This document shows, piece after piece, positions 49,598-59,827 of a stretch of 64,000 nucleotides of DNA. The stretch comes from a virus: IMG/VR virus record IMGVR_UViG_3300031227_000023, positions 1 through 64,000 of that record; one strand, written 5' to 3'. The translations under genes were made by a program, and so were the position numbers. The notes below the pieces were generated by a model, which was not told the DNA's origin, made no database searches, and was given only the letters and a program-made list of their open reading frames with translations. Each line of letters starts with the position of its first letter. Position 1 is the stretch's first letter.

Positions 49598-50664
49598 TTC
49601 TTTAATATTCCAGGCTTGGCCAACGCAAAAACATCACGCTTTTCCGTCTGCCCGATGTGAACAACTTCCCTGTTGGTCACTTCACCAAGCCACTTCATGT
49701 ATGGTTCTGTCTCAAAGGAAACAATCGACTTGTTCAAGGAAACGTCACCAACAGCACCACCATCAGTGATGAATACCCGTGTTTCCTGCACCATGCGCTT
49801 CAGCCGGTCAATCACAAGCTGATGATACCCTTGGCCAAGAAACCGGTGCAGCACACTGACACACACAGTCAACGCTGCCCCACCCCCGTGTGGTGGCACG
49901 CCTGTTTCATTGGTCAAGTCGCCACTCCGGTACGATACAAGCGAATCAAAAATCCAATTGCAATACGATGCCACAGCACGCGCATTGTCATCAATTTCCA
50001 CGCCGATCACGCTGAAACCAAGCCCGCGCAACATCCTGCTGATGTGCCCCGTGCAAGATCCAAGATCCCACGCCGTGCCCGCGCTGCCTTCATTCACACT
50101 AAACATCTCTTGATAAACAAGCCAATCCTTGATCAATTCCGTGCGCCTGCCTGACCTGTCAATTTCCCAATCCCTGAATTCAGGATGTTCAATCGGCTGA
50201 TACAGCAACCGCCTTCCACTATAAATTCTTTCCAACCGATCCTTGAACGCAAGCCACATCGGGTCAACCTGATTCAAATCAACGGGAATTTCAGTGTGCC
50301 CATCAACGATCATCTTGCAAACCCGGTGATGGGCATCACGAAGTTCATAGACACCATTGGCGTGCAGGATCACAGGCGCAGCAAAGTCTTCCCATATTTC
50401 AGATTCAAACAAACCCCGCAGCTTGTTGATCCGCGCCCGTGCCTGTTCAGGCGACATGCCCAACCCATCAGTGATCACTTTGAAATATTCCGAACCTTCC
50501 CCGGATTCGCCACGCTTCATTGCCCGGAACAAACCACAAGCCGCCAACTCTGTTGGCACCGTCCCCAAGGCACCTTCAACACGCAGCCACGGAACGGGAA
50601 CAAGATATTTTTCGCCCATATCAATCACCATGTTTTTCCTGTGAAGTGCCGAACCAATGCCCAC
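49594..50664 (-). CDS. ParB/Srx-like domain plus class I SAM methyltransferase fusion (copy 1)
   Basis: YELRDAHHR; YQPI; AWDLGSCTG; VIGVEID; SVLH. Confidence 0.8.
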   Translation of the reverse strand: MGIGSALHRKNMVIDMGEKYLVPVPWLRVEGALGTVPTELAACGLFRAMKRGESGEGSEYFKVITDGLGMSPEQARARINKLRGLFESEIWEDFAAPVILHANGVYELRDAHHRVCKMIVDGHTEIPVDLNQVDPMWLAFKDRLERIYSGRRLLYQPIEHPEFRDWEIDRSGRRTELIKDWLVYQEMFSVNEGSAGTAWDLGSCTGHISRMLRGLGFSVIGVEIDDNARAVASYCNWIFDSLVSYRSGDLTNETGVPPHGGGAALTVCVSVLHRFLGQGYHQLVIDRLKRMVQETRVFITDGGAVGDVSLNKSIVSFETEPYMKWLGEVTNREVVHIGQTEKRDVFALAKPGILKK

Positions 50665-53600
50665 CCTGGAAGATTATCGTATTCACTAAACCGTTTTTCT
50701 TGATCAACAACATCAGCAGCCATGCCAGCAATCGCACCACTCAGGGCATACCAATCATACACATCCCCTGTACGCCTGAACCGTTCCAATATCTTCCCAA
50801 CTGCCCCATGCACCCACGTCATTGATTCAGGCCGGAAACGGGCTTTCTGCGCCAAGCTGAAATAACGCTCATAAATTCCAAGCAACGTCCACTTCGGGCT
50901 GTGCTGCCCAAGTATCCCACAATGGATCGGGTCAACATGGTGCAGAACGTTTGCAACAGCGACCCTTCCCCCATCCTCTTGCAACTTTTTCATTTGCCCA
51001 ACGTCGCAAGACAGGCCATCTGTGAACGTGTATTTTCTGATCAAGTCTGCATCATACGCCTTCACCCCAAAAATTGCCCGCCCAAGATGCACATCCCACA
51101 ACCCCGCGCACGCAATGGCAACATCATCTGTTTCGTTGATCATCCGGAACAGCGTGGCAATGGCGTTGGGATACAACACCATGTCATCATCAACTTGCAC
51201 AAAATACTTTGTTTTGCACCGATCAATCATCTGCTGAAAGGCAGCACTCATTGGTTCAATATTCTTGATTTCCCTGACAGCGAACCGCGCCGTTTGCCCA
51301 TGCAAAGCTTCCACCACATCGCTGTAATTAATCCCTCCCGTTGTCACAACGAACACTGTAAGCATTTCAGTCAAGTCATACGACCGGGCAAAATCAGGAA
51401 TCAAACAGTGCTTCCGAACAGCCTTGAACGAGACCGGGGCAGGGGCAGGCGTGGAAGGAACAGGCACCATCGCACCTTCACCACTTTTCGCTTTTCCTTT
51501 TTCCGTTTCCACAACCCGGCACAATTCACGCAACGACTCTGCCCTAATTGACCAATCCCACGCACGGACCATTTCCGCACGGTTCGCACGACCCATTGCA
51601 GGAAGCAAGTGCCGGTTGTCACGCAACCGAACCAACTCCTTCTGCACCGCTTCAACCGTCCTATCCACAATGATTGCACCGCTGGAAAAAACTTCCGGGG
51701 CAATGCCGGTGCGCGTGCTTATCCACGCCCGCCCGCAGGCTGCCGCTTCAAGCAACATATTGGGGGTGCCTTCAATCCATTCCTGCGAACAGCACAGCAC
51801 CACATCAACGCCTGCGTAAAACTCAGGCATTTCTTCAATCGGACGCCACCTGTCTTTCCTGTCTGCCATCACAAGTTCAACACCATCAACGCCATCAATT
51901 GCAGCATGCAACAATGGCATGCCCTTCACATCAGCCCAACGCCAATCAGTATTTGTGGACCCTGCCCACCCCACACGCAGCGGCGTGTCATTCAAATCGG
52001 TGCGGTATTCACTGAACCGGAACAGGCCGGTATCAACCCCATCTTGACAGAATCCAAACTGATGTTCACCAACCGCATACCCAATTTCAGAACTGACAAT
52101 CCGAAACAGATTGAAGTTGGCAAACATATGATAAGGGGTGAACTTCAAGCCTGCCACCAACTGTTCGCGTTCCCACGTTCCCACACCCCACGTGGCTGCA
52201 TCATAGTGCGCAATGATCACAGCGGTGTGTGGACCCAACTTGTCTTTGATGTCTGCAAGTGCTGCATACCACATCAGAACAACAATATCATAATCAAGCA
52301 CCGCAACATCGGGCAATTCAAGCAGTGACAGCCTGTCAACAATAAATTCATCAGACAGGAACCGGGCTTGCTGTTGTGCTATTCTGGAAAATGCCCAATT
52401 AGGACGGTCATACACGATCAGCACACGCTTTTTCCCGCCACCTGAACAACCACCCGTGGAAGCACAAGCAACAGGGGATTCAACTTCCCCTGCACAATCA
52501 CATTCATTTCCAACCACGCCACCCCCGTCAACTGCCCCGATCTGCACCGCAGGCTTGCCGCTGTGGCCGTCACTGCCATCAGCAGGAACATCTGGCAGCA
52601 CATCTTCACACTTGGCCTTCACGGGCAAAATACGAAGGTTCAAATTCCTCTTGGCCAGTGCTGTTCCAAACTTTCCAACCTTCAACCACGCTTCGCCACG
52701 TCCGATCTGTTCCACTTCATCCATCAGCCGGAACCATTCACCAAACCCACCCTTGTACGTTTTCACTGCGAACGGATACCCCGCCAACCCATGCATGGAA
52801 GGCACGTGGAATTTTCCAGCCCGTGCTTTGCACCCCAACGTCACCACGGGGCAACCCAACCGGATCACATCCAACACCGTGCTGCCCCATGACTCTTCCA
52901 CCAACGGGTTCACAAACCCCGTGGCCTGTGACAGCACGTTGCCGATATTTTCCACATCAGCAGCAGCGTGGAACCGGAACTGCGCAGTGCCCGCCCCACG
53001 GAACAGTTCAGGCTGCCCACCGGAACCGTACACCCACAGCAATGAATCCGGGTGCTTAGGCGCATAGTGCTTCTTCCAGCTATTCACGAACCGGACCACC
53101 TGCGAATTGATCACCCCCGCGTACACCCACAAGTGCTTACCACTCCGGACCAATTGCCGGGCTTCAACATCAGCCTGCCCAACAGCCAACCTGCGAACAG
53201 GAAGCACGCACGGCTTCACATCCATCCATGGGTAACGCTTTTCCAATTGGCCAGCATATGGGGTGAACGGGGTGAATACCCTTGCGCCTTCCAGCGCACT
53301 GCGCACATCGTTCCGTTCAAACCAACCATCAGGCATCAGCGGAATGATCACGGTGTGATCAGGCCACGGCACCAACTCGTCATTGACAGCGGGAAACACG
53401 GTCAAGTTCCCATCGAACCCACCCCACACAGTATCAGCATCAGACGCCACACCCGGCCTGCACCAACGCTTGGCACCGTGCCGCACCGGCAACACGTCCT
53501 GCGCCAACAGATCATCAGCAACGGCTTCCACCACTTCCACATGATCAGGGTTTGGATACACGCCACGATCCGCAGCGAACCTTCCCGTGACAACAAACTT

Positions 53601-54524
53601 GCGCCGCTCCGCATCACCGAACAGATCACGGTAATGCAGCACTCTTTCTTCCCATCGAAACGATTCAACACTCGACCGGGCAACATGCGCCAAAGTTTCA
53701 AGTTTCACCCGATCTGTCACCAAAGAAGAAATGGCGTCTGCAATCGAGCCAACAGACCGGCCAACAAAGATCCCGTTATAATTCGGCACAATCACTTCAG
53801 GCATAATCCCCACCTGCGTGGTAATCACAGGCTTGCCGGATGCAAGTGATTCCAACGGTGGGTTGGGGGTGCCTTCCCCTTCAGCACTTGCGCACACATA
53901 ACAATTAATTTTCTTGTAAAATGTTTCACACATCTGATCATGCGGAATGATCACCCCGCTGTGGCTGTCTGCCACCACCAACTTCACGCCCGTCTTCTTC
54001 ACCGCCTGCCGGATCAGATCAAAGCCCTTAATATTTCCACCGGCCTGACTGTTGCCCGCCCACCCCACAGTGAAATCCTGCGGCAGCGGTGTCTGATGGA
54101 ACTTGTCAAAATCAACCCCATCCATGGTGGTCACAATGCGCAGCCGCATCCTGTCTTCATGATCCAACCCATCCCACAGCCGCTTCCTGATCCTGTCATT
54201 GGCCACGGCAAACCCATCAGCACGCTTCACGATCAAGTTCCAAAACACAGGATTGTCAGGCCAACTGAACCCATCGTACAGGCCAATGTAAACCTTGTCC
54301 GCAATCAGCCCGCGCTGATCCAACCACGGGAAGCAAGCCCACCACAGGCAAAACACAGCGTCAAAACGCTTCTGTTCCAATTGCGGAAACTCCCCAAACG
54401 GAATGGCGGTGAATTTGTAAAGGTTGGCCAGATGGAACATGATCTGCTGCGCTATTCGATCAAACGCCCAATCACGTTGTTCCATCGTGATCAGCATAGT
54501 TGGCTTTTCGGTCATTGAAGCCAC
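50625..54524 (-). CDS. Multi-domain glycosyltransferase (GT4 + degenerate GT-B + GT4 + GT2-like)
   Basis: Two GT4 units (DGVD...VGWAG...KG...EGTPN..LE...G.P/A.I.T..G), a middle EESWG..LD...G.PV unit, and a C-terminal GT-A unit with VQVDDDM. Confidence 0.9.
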   Translation of the reverse strand: MASMTEKPTMLITMEQRDWAFDRIAQQIMFHLANLYKFTAIPFGEFPQLEQKRFDAVFCLWWACFPWLDQRGLIADKVYIGLYDGFSWPDNPVFWNLIVKRADGFAVANDRIRKRLWDGLDHEDRMRLRIVTTMDGVDFDKFHQTPLPQDFTVGWAGNSQAGGNIKGFDLIRQAVKKTGVKLVVADSHSGVIIPHDQMCETFYKKINCYVCASAEGEGTPNPPLESLASGKPVITTQVGIMPEVIVPNYNGIFVGRSVGSIADAISSLVTDRVKLETLAHVARSSVESFRWEERVLHYRDLFGDAERRKFVVTGRFAADRGVYPNPDHVEVVEAVADDLLAQDVLPVRHGAKRWCRPGVASDADTVWGGFDGNLTVFPAVNDELVPWPDHTVIIPLMPDGWFERNDVRSALEGARVFTPFTPYAGQLEKRYPWMDVKPCVLPVRRLAVGQADVEARQLVRSGKHLWVYAGVINSQVVRFVNSWKKHYAPKHPDSLLWVYGSGGQPELFRGAGTAQFRFHAAADVENIGNVLSQATGFVNPLVEESWGSTVLDVIRLGCPVVTLGCKARAGKFHVPSMHGLAGYPFAVKTYKGGFGEWFRLMDEVEQIGRGEAWLKVGKFGTALAKRNLNLRILPVKAKCEDVLPDVPADGSDGHSGKPAVQIGAVDGGGVVGNECDCAGEVESPVACASTGGCSGGGKKRVLIVYDRPNWAFSRIAQQQARFLSDEFIVDRLSLLELPDVAVLDYDIVVLMWYAALADIKDKLGPHTAVIIAHYDAATWGVGTWEREQLVAGLKFTPYHMFANFNLFRIVSSEIGYAVGEHQFGFCQDGVDTGLFRFSEYRTDLNDTPLRVGWAGSTNTDWRWADVKGMPLLHAAIDGVDGVELVMADRKDRWRPIEEMPEFYAGVDVVLCCSQEWIEGTPNMLLEAAACGRAWISTRTGIAPEVFSSGAIIVDRTVEAVQKELVRLRDNRHLLPAMGRANRAEMVRAWDWSIRAESLRELCRVVETEKGKAKSGEGAMVPVPSTPAPAPVSFKAVRKHCLIPDFARSYDLTEMLTVFVVTTGGINYSDVVEALHGQTARFAVREIKNIEPMSAAFQQMIDRCKTKYFVQVDDDMVLYPNAIATLFRMINETDDVAIACAGLWDVHLGRAIFGVKAYDADLIRKYTFTDGLSCDVGQMKKLQEDGGRVAVANVLHHVDPIHCGILGQHSPKWTLLGIYERYFSLAQKARFRPESMTWVHGAVGKILERFRRTGDVYDWYALSGAIAGMAADVVDQEKRFSEYDNLPGWALVRHFTGKTW

Positions 54525-54560
54525 TCCTGTTATTCTGTCTTATTTCGCCAACTGCGTATC

Positions 54561-54603
54561 AAGAAAAGGGTGCCCGCCTGTATTACCAACAACAAGCAGG
54601 CAC
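54561..54603 (-). terminator. Rho-independent terminator after the capsid-associated genes
   Basis: 12-bp stem GTGCCTGCTTGT/ACAGGCGGGCAC (two G-U pairs) followed by CCTTTTCTT. Confidence 0.7.
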
Positions 54604-54629
54604 GCCTTGTGCCGCATTAAAACGCGGGC

Positions 54630-54953
54630 TTAAAGCTGCGCCCGAACGATGAACTTCAACCCGGTGGTTGCCGTCACCTTCACGTTCGTGGCGTCGTGTG
54701 TTCCTTCGGTGATGATGAACCCGGCACCGGCAATGTAACCGGCACTGGTATCCACAGGGATCACCAACACTTCATCTGGAACCGCGCCCAACCCATGGGG
54801 GATGCTCTGTTCCGAACCATCCGCAGTTTGCTCCGCACTCTTGAAACTGTTCCCACGCGCAACAAGCGATTGAAGCAGCGAGTACAGATCGGGTGCGTGC
54901 TGTTTTGCCGCGCCGCTTCCGGGGAAATCAGCAGGCATTGAAATATTGGCCAT
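54630..54953 (-). CDS. Small capsid-associated protein
   Basis: HGLGAVP motif; strong SD; downstream of the major capsid gene. Confidence 0.65.
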   Translation of the reverse strand: MANISMPADFPGSGAAKQHAPDLYSLLQSLVARGNSFKSAEQTADGSEQSIPHGLGAVPDEVLVIPVDTSAGYIAGAGFIITEGTHDATNVKVTATTGLKFIVRAQL

Positions 54954-55022
54954 GTTCCTTGCTCCTTATTCAGCAGCCCGCAAGCCATGCAGGATGCAAT
55001 TCAAACAGAACCGGCCCGGTGC

Positions 55023-55349
55023 CTAGTAAATCACCAACGCCTTCAAGATCACACCGGTCAGATCCACGCCGTTGCCCACTTCCACACCGGTGGAATACAG
55101 GTACACCTTAACCTTGGCGTTGGCTGCGTCATAAACGCCATAATGCGCCCCGGTATACGGGAACAGCACAAGCTGCGCTTCGCCGGTGATCAGTGCCGCA
55201 ATGACTGCCGGTGGCAGGGTGTCTGAGAAATCAGCAGCTTCACCGCCGGTGGGGTAACTGGCATCCATGGTGATGCCGAACGTGTCCAGGAATGTGGGTG
55301 CAGACGCCTGCCCGCCAAACTTCTTTGCTCGCGTGATGGTAGCAGCCAT
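55023..55349 (-). CDS. Putative head decoration/cement protein
   Basis: D.SYPTGG motif; immediately after the major capsid gene; SD AAGGAG. Confidence 0.65.
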   Translation of the reverse strand: MAATITRAKKFGGQASAPTFLDTFGITMDASYPTGGEAADFSDTLPPAVIAALITGEAQLVLFPYTGAHYGVYDAANAKVKVYLYSTGVEVGNGVDLTGVILKALVIY

Positions 55350-55377
55350 TTTGCTTGCTCCTTCTATTCAGAATTAA

Positions 55378-55398
55378 GGGGCACCACAAGGGCACCCC
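55378..55398 (-). terminator. Hairpin after the major capsid gene (weak terminator or stabiliser)
   Basis: GGGGTGCC-CTTGT-GGTGCCCC then TTAATT. Confidence 0.45.
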
Positions 55399-55437
55399 AC
55401 GGTTTGTTCACTTCAGCACGTTGTTCGCTTCAGCCGA

Positions 55438-56370
55438 TCAGGTAGCGATGGCAGACGTGTTCACAACGGCATCTTCTTCCTGGTAATTCGCGCCGACCCG
55501 GAACGTGGCCACGATAATCACCACACCCGCGCTGATATCCTTGTCGGTTTCCAGCATGATGTTTCGCCAAATACCACCGATGAAATTCTTGGGGTTCATC
55601 AACAGGCAGGAAGTTTGGTTGGTCCCAATCCCCTGATCTTCAGGCATCATGTCAAAGGCACGGACGGGAATGCCGTGGAATCCAGGCTCACGGGTTCCGG
55701 TCAGGAACGCATCACCCAACGCGGTGCCGCGATTGGAAAGCTGATCGATGTAATCATGCTGCGCGTTGTGCGAAGTCATGTACACCATCTTGGCCTTGTC
55801 GCGCCGGTACTTGTTGGGCATGGATTTCTTGATACTGGAAAGCAGCGTGGTTTCCAGGGCTGCACCCGCGGCATTCACCGCGTGACTTGTGGCAGCAGCC
55901 AACCCGCCGTTGAACATGGCAAGGTAGGGATCGGCAGATGTGGTGATGCCCTGGATGAACAGTTCATCCAAGTCAACGCCAACCCGTTCACGCAAGGCTG
56001 CCATGATGGTGTTCTCCATCTGCTTGCCTTCAATGTTGTCTTCCAACACATCGTAGGGCAGCCGGATTTCCGCCTTGGCTTCATGCGTGGTGATGGTGAC
56101 GGTTTCAGTGGTGGCCTTGCTGCGTTGCGATTCCGGCAAAGCCTGTCCGGACGTGGCCGCATGCATCACCCGGCTGCCAAACCCGATCTTTTCGAGCTTC
56201 GCCGTGTGACTCTTCAGTCCGCGCATAAAGACAGCGGGCATGAAGTTGGCCTGTTCGATCATTTTCCTCAGAAACTTTTTGGCCTTCTCATCCAACAGAT
56301 AACCACCGTCATTGATCAGATCAGTGACGGTCATGTCTGCTTTCGCCAACACATCTTTGTTGCTCCGCAT
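55438..56370 (-). CDS. Major capsid protein (HK97 fold, XkdG-like)
   Basis: GGYL...KAKKF, LEDNIEG, DLDEL.I.G, MP.KY, LGD, GIPV, NPKN; follows protease/scaffold genes. Confidence 0.93.
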   Translation of the reverse strand: MRSNKDVLAKADMTVTDLINDGGYLLDEKAKKFLRKMIEQANFMPAVFMRGLKSHTAKLEKIGFGSRVMHAATSGQALPESQRSKATTETVTITTHEAKAEIRLPYDVLEDNIEGKQMENTIMAALRERVGVDLDELFIQGITTSADPYLAMFNGGLAAATSHAVNAAGAALETTLLSSIKKSMPNKYRRDKAKMVYMTSHNAQHDYIDQLSNRGTALGDAFLTGTREPGFHGIPVRAFDMMPEDQGIGTNQTSCLLMNPKNFIGGIWRNIMLETDKDISAGVVIIVATFRVGANYQEEDAVVNTSAIAT

Positions 56371-56412
56371 GACTTTCCTCCAACTGTGAAAGGTGGGCTT
56401 CTCTGCCCGGTG

Positions 56413-57153
56413 TTACTTTTCAGACAAATCAACAGGCCATGGCGTTCCACCACCATCGCCGGAACTCGAGCCCTGCCCACGTTCACCGGGTTCCGGTGAT
56501 GCTGGCAAGGGGAAATCAGAAGCCATCTTGGCCAGTGTGGTGCGGGCTTCACTGCCCTGCTTCTTCAAGCCTTCAACCACTCCGGTCAACTTGATCACCG
56601 AATCTTGAACCCCGGCAACCGGTTCCGCGTACCCGTCCAGGATGGCCTTCACCGCTTCCGGATCTTCCACGCCGAACAAAGCCTTGCGCAACGCCTTCTG
56701 CACGGCTTCATCTGATCCGATGAACTGCGCCAACAGCTTTCCGCTGAACGCACCCGTTTCCAATTGTTCCTGCAATTTGTCAATCCGTTGGCCGATCACG
56801 GCCACACCATCTTCACTGCCGGTGGGACTATCACCGCTATCATCAACAGGCGCAGCACCAACCAACAGCTTGACCACTTCAGCCAATCCTGCGGGCACCG
56901 CATCCTGCTTGTTCAAATCCTGCATGTCTTCCAACACGACGGTCAGTTTCTCAAGGGCATCCTGCACCCTGTTCACAGCCTTGTCTTCAAACCCACCATC
57001 AGCCTTGGCAATCAGCCATGCCGTTTCACCGTTTGCACCACGCGGCACAAAGCTGATTTCATCCACACCCAAGCCAACCAATTCCGTGATGTCGTTTGGG
57101 TCTTTCCGGGTGGGGATTCCGGCCTTTGCAATCTTCTGCTTTTTCTTGGGCAT
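56413..57153 (-). CDS. Prohead protease C-terminal segment fused to a scaffold-like helical region
   Basis: L..L.VDEISFVPRGAN motif, then an acidic helical region ending WPVDLS. Confidence 0.65.
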   Translation of the reverse strand: MPKKKQKIAKAGIPTRKDPNDITELVGLGVDEISFVPRGANGETAWLIAKADGGFEDKAVNRVQDALEKLTVVLEDMQDLNKQDAVPAGLAEVVKLLVGAAPVDDSGDSPTGSEDGVAVIGQRIDKLQEQLETGAFSGKLLAQFIGSDEAVQKALRKALFGVEDPEAVKAILDGYAEPVAGVQDSVIKLTGVVEGLKKQGSEARTTLAKMASDFPLPASPEPGERGQGSSSGDGGGTPWPVDLSEK

Positions 57154-57163
57154 CGTTTTGTTC

Positions 57164-59785
57164 CTATTCCACAGGCACCCGGTACGAAGTGCCACCAATG
57201 CTGAAAGCGTTCAGATGTCCATCATCAATAAGTTCCCACAAAGTGCCATCAACTTCAGCCCGAACCAACCAAGTACCTGCCTTGATCGTTCTGCCTGCAA
57301 TTTCCAAGTCAGTTGGTGCCAAGTAGCTTTCAAGCACTTGCGCTTCACCAACCGCCCGGCCCTCATGGTAAACTTTAAAATGTCTGTAATCCCGCAGCCA
57401 GTTCCAAGCAGCACGCTGAATTTCTTCTGCACTGACCACATCACCCTGCCTGTCAGGGTCTACTTCATCACCATCACCCCCGTTGTTGGGGATCATGACA
57501 ACGCCAAGCACATGGTGCCGGTCATCTGCAATGCCATCAGCTTTGCTCAAATGAACGTTCAACTGATTGCTGTCTGCAACTGGATTGGGCTTGTCAAGGA
57601 TCGGTGCTACAGATCCACTGTAAGGGCACCCATTTTCAGTGTCAACATTTCCACGCCCAAATCCCAAACCTTTTGCAACCGCTTCCACCCGTTCATACTG
57701 CCCACCCACCATCAAAAGGTTTTCGTTTTGGAACCATCCGGCCTTCACCAAACCATCACGCATCCCACGCGCCGCTTCACCACCGGCCTGCCAATACCGC
57801 AAATGTTCAGGCACACACTTTTCCAACGCTTCAGGCAGCCAACTGATTCCATCGGGCGGCATCAGACCCTTGGCCACAGCACGATCAGACAGCACAGCAG
57901 GCAACAGCTTGCCACGGAAGCACTGCCACCCTTCATCACCCTTCCAAGTGAACACCAACCGGCCACCCGCATCACCTTCCAAAAAGTATTCATGGAATCC
58001 TTCACGCTGCACGCCGAATTCAACAGCCACGTCTGCAAGATCCACTGACTTGTCAACCGCTTCCGGTATGACCTGCACCGCTGCTGATCGGTGTGACTTG
58101 AACAGCCCGGTTGGCAGCACGCTGCTTTCCCATCCATCTTCAACCTTGCCAGCCGGAACAGCCCACCCGATCTGATCAACACCCACTGTGGTGGTGAAAC
58201 CATAGAACAAATCTTTGCCAATCGCATGCACCACCACCTTTCCGGGCTTGGCACCAAACGGCACGCGCATAAATGCGTCATGGTCTTTGGCAACGCTATG
58301 AACCGCAGCCTGCACCGCAGGCGTCAACACCAAATCGTATGCACCACGCACAAGCCCGGCCCTGTCTTCCCCACCACCAACGGCAGCCGGAAGTTCATGG
58401 TGATCCTTCAGCAGCCGGGCAAGGGCATCAGCCGCAGGCCGGGTGAACCCGTCACCCTTGACCACGAACAGCAACCCATCATCATCAGCTTCGATCTGTA
58501 CGGCATTGGGCTGAACAAGAAACGCCCCATCCAACTTCACCTGCCCAAGATTATCCAACCCCTTCTGCACCTGCTGTGCAGCATCCTGTATTGCTTTTTC
58601 AACACCGGAAACGGCAGCCTTGCCAACCCTGGATTTTTGCCTGCCTGACAAGGAAAAAACGGCAGCCCGTTCATCGTGGCACTTGACACACGCGAACGGA
58701 CCTAATCCAAACAAGGCTGCCGGTTCCACTGTGCCGGGATCATCCAAACCACCCGACTTCAGCAACCGGGAAACAACACGGTTCACATCATACGTTTCTG
58801 CAAATTCATCCACTGCTGCTGCAAGCCCATCACCATACTTGCGCACGGCAACCACAGCACGTGCCCGATCAGCCGCACCGGAACTGACCAACCCTGTGTC
58901 AATGGCACGGATGCTTGCACTGCCATCGGGGGAATCAAAATCAAGCGTGCCCAACCCATCATCCACATAATAATCATCGGGTGGAACGCCCAACCGGCTA
59001 ATCTGCCGAATCACCGCCACGGCATCACCATCACCGCGAACCCGCAGCACATCACCGGCAATACTCTTGACATCAAAGCCCTGTTCAATCAGCAAATCGT
59101 AAACTTCGTTTGGATCAACCCGCAACGTGGTTGTGATGTAAACAGATTTGCCGTCTTCCCCCGGCATAATCATGGAAACATCAGACAACGGAAGTTCACC
59201 CGCTTCAAGCCCTGAACTATCCTGCAACCCACGGATTTGTTCAGCCTTCCACCGGGCTTCCCGCACGGCATTGCGGGCTTGATCAATCTCCTTCGGTCCA
59301 CCTGTTCGATCCGCACGCCTGACAAGCTGCGCTGCATTTGACAACTGCCGCTGCGCCTGCGCCAAATCTTCGTTGGTGTGCTTGGTATCACCCGGCACGA
59401 ACCGGTCGGTGATGGAAGGCATTTCTTCACTCAGGAACTTCACGCGATTTTCCAACGCAACCTGCGTTTGTACCATCCGGCTGTGCTTATCATGCGCCCG
59501 ATCATCAACAGACTTGGCTTGGCGAAACTCTGCCCATGCAGAATCATACACGGCAGCGTCAACCCCGTTCGGCACTGCACGCATTTTCTCTTCTGCTTGT
59601 TGCCGCAACGCTGTAGTTTGCCGCACTTCGCCCTGCTGATCACGGACCTTGTTGCCGTATTCACGAACATCAGCCTGCTTGGGGTTGGGATTGCCAAGCG
59701 GGCCAAGGAACCTGCCCCATTCATCACGTTCACTGTAATAAGCTGGATCAGATTTCTTGACTATATGCTTGGCCATTGTTCCCAT
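57164..59785 (-). CDS. Large head protein with C-terminal XkdF-like prohead serine protease domain
   Basis: VLGVVM.P..D.QGD..SAEEI..AA..W...H...ESY.AP...GTW...W..I..G...AFSIGG. Confidence 0.85.
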   Translation of the reverse strand: MGTMAKHIVKKSDPAYYSERDEWGRFLGPLGNPNPKQADVREYGNKVRDQQGEVRQTTALRQQAEEKMRAVPNGVDAAVYDSAWAEFRQAKSVDDRAHDKHSRMVQTQVALENRVKFLSEEMPSITDRFVPGDTKHTNEDLAQAQRQLSNAAQLVRRADRTGGPKEIDQARNAVREARWKAEQIRGLQDSSGLEAGELPLSDVSMIMPGEDGKSVYITTTLRVDPNEVYDLLIEQGFDVKSIAGDVLRVRGDGDAVAVIRQISRLGVPPDDYYVDDGLGTLDFDSPDGSASIRAIDTGLVSSGAADRARAVVAVRKYGDGLAAAVDEFAETYDVNRVVSRLLKSGGLDDPGTVEPAALFGLGPFACVKCHDERAAVFSLSGRQKSRVGKAAVSGVEKAIQDAAQQVQKGLDNLGQVKLDGAFLVQPNAVQIEADDDGLLFVVKGDGFTRPAADALARLLKDHHELPAAVGGGEDRAGLVRGAYDLVLTPAVQAAVHSVAKDHDAFMRVPFGAKPGKVVVHAIGKDLFYGFTTTVGVDQIGWAVPAGKVEDGWESSVLPTGLFKSHRSAAVQVIPEAVDKSVDLADVAVEFGVQREGFHEYFLEGDAGGRLVFTWKGDEGWQCFRGKLLPAVLSDRAVAKGLMPPDGISWLPEALEKCVPEHLRYWQAGGEAARGMRDGLVKAGWFQNENLLMVGGQYERVEAVAKGLGFGRGNVDTENGCPYSGSVAPILDKPNPVADSNQLNVHLSKADGIADDRHHVLGVVMIPNNGGDGDEVDPDRQGDVVSAEEIQRAAWNWLRDYRHFKVYHEGRAVGEAQVLESYLAPTDLEIAGRTIKAGTWLVRAEVDGTLWELIDDGHLNAFSIGGTSYRVPVE

Positions 59786-59827
59786 CCCACTGTTGGTTCA
59801 ATTCATCCCCCGGCTTGCAGGCTGCAA

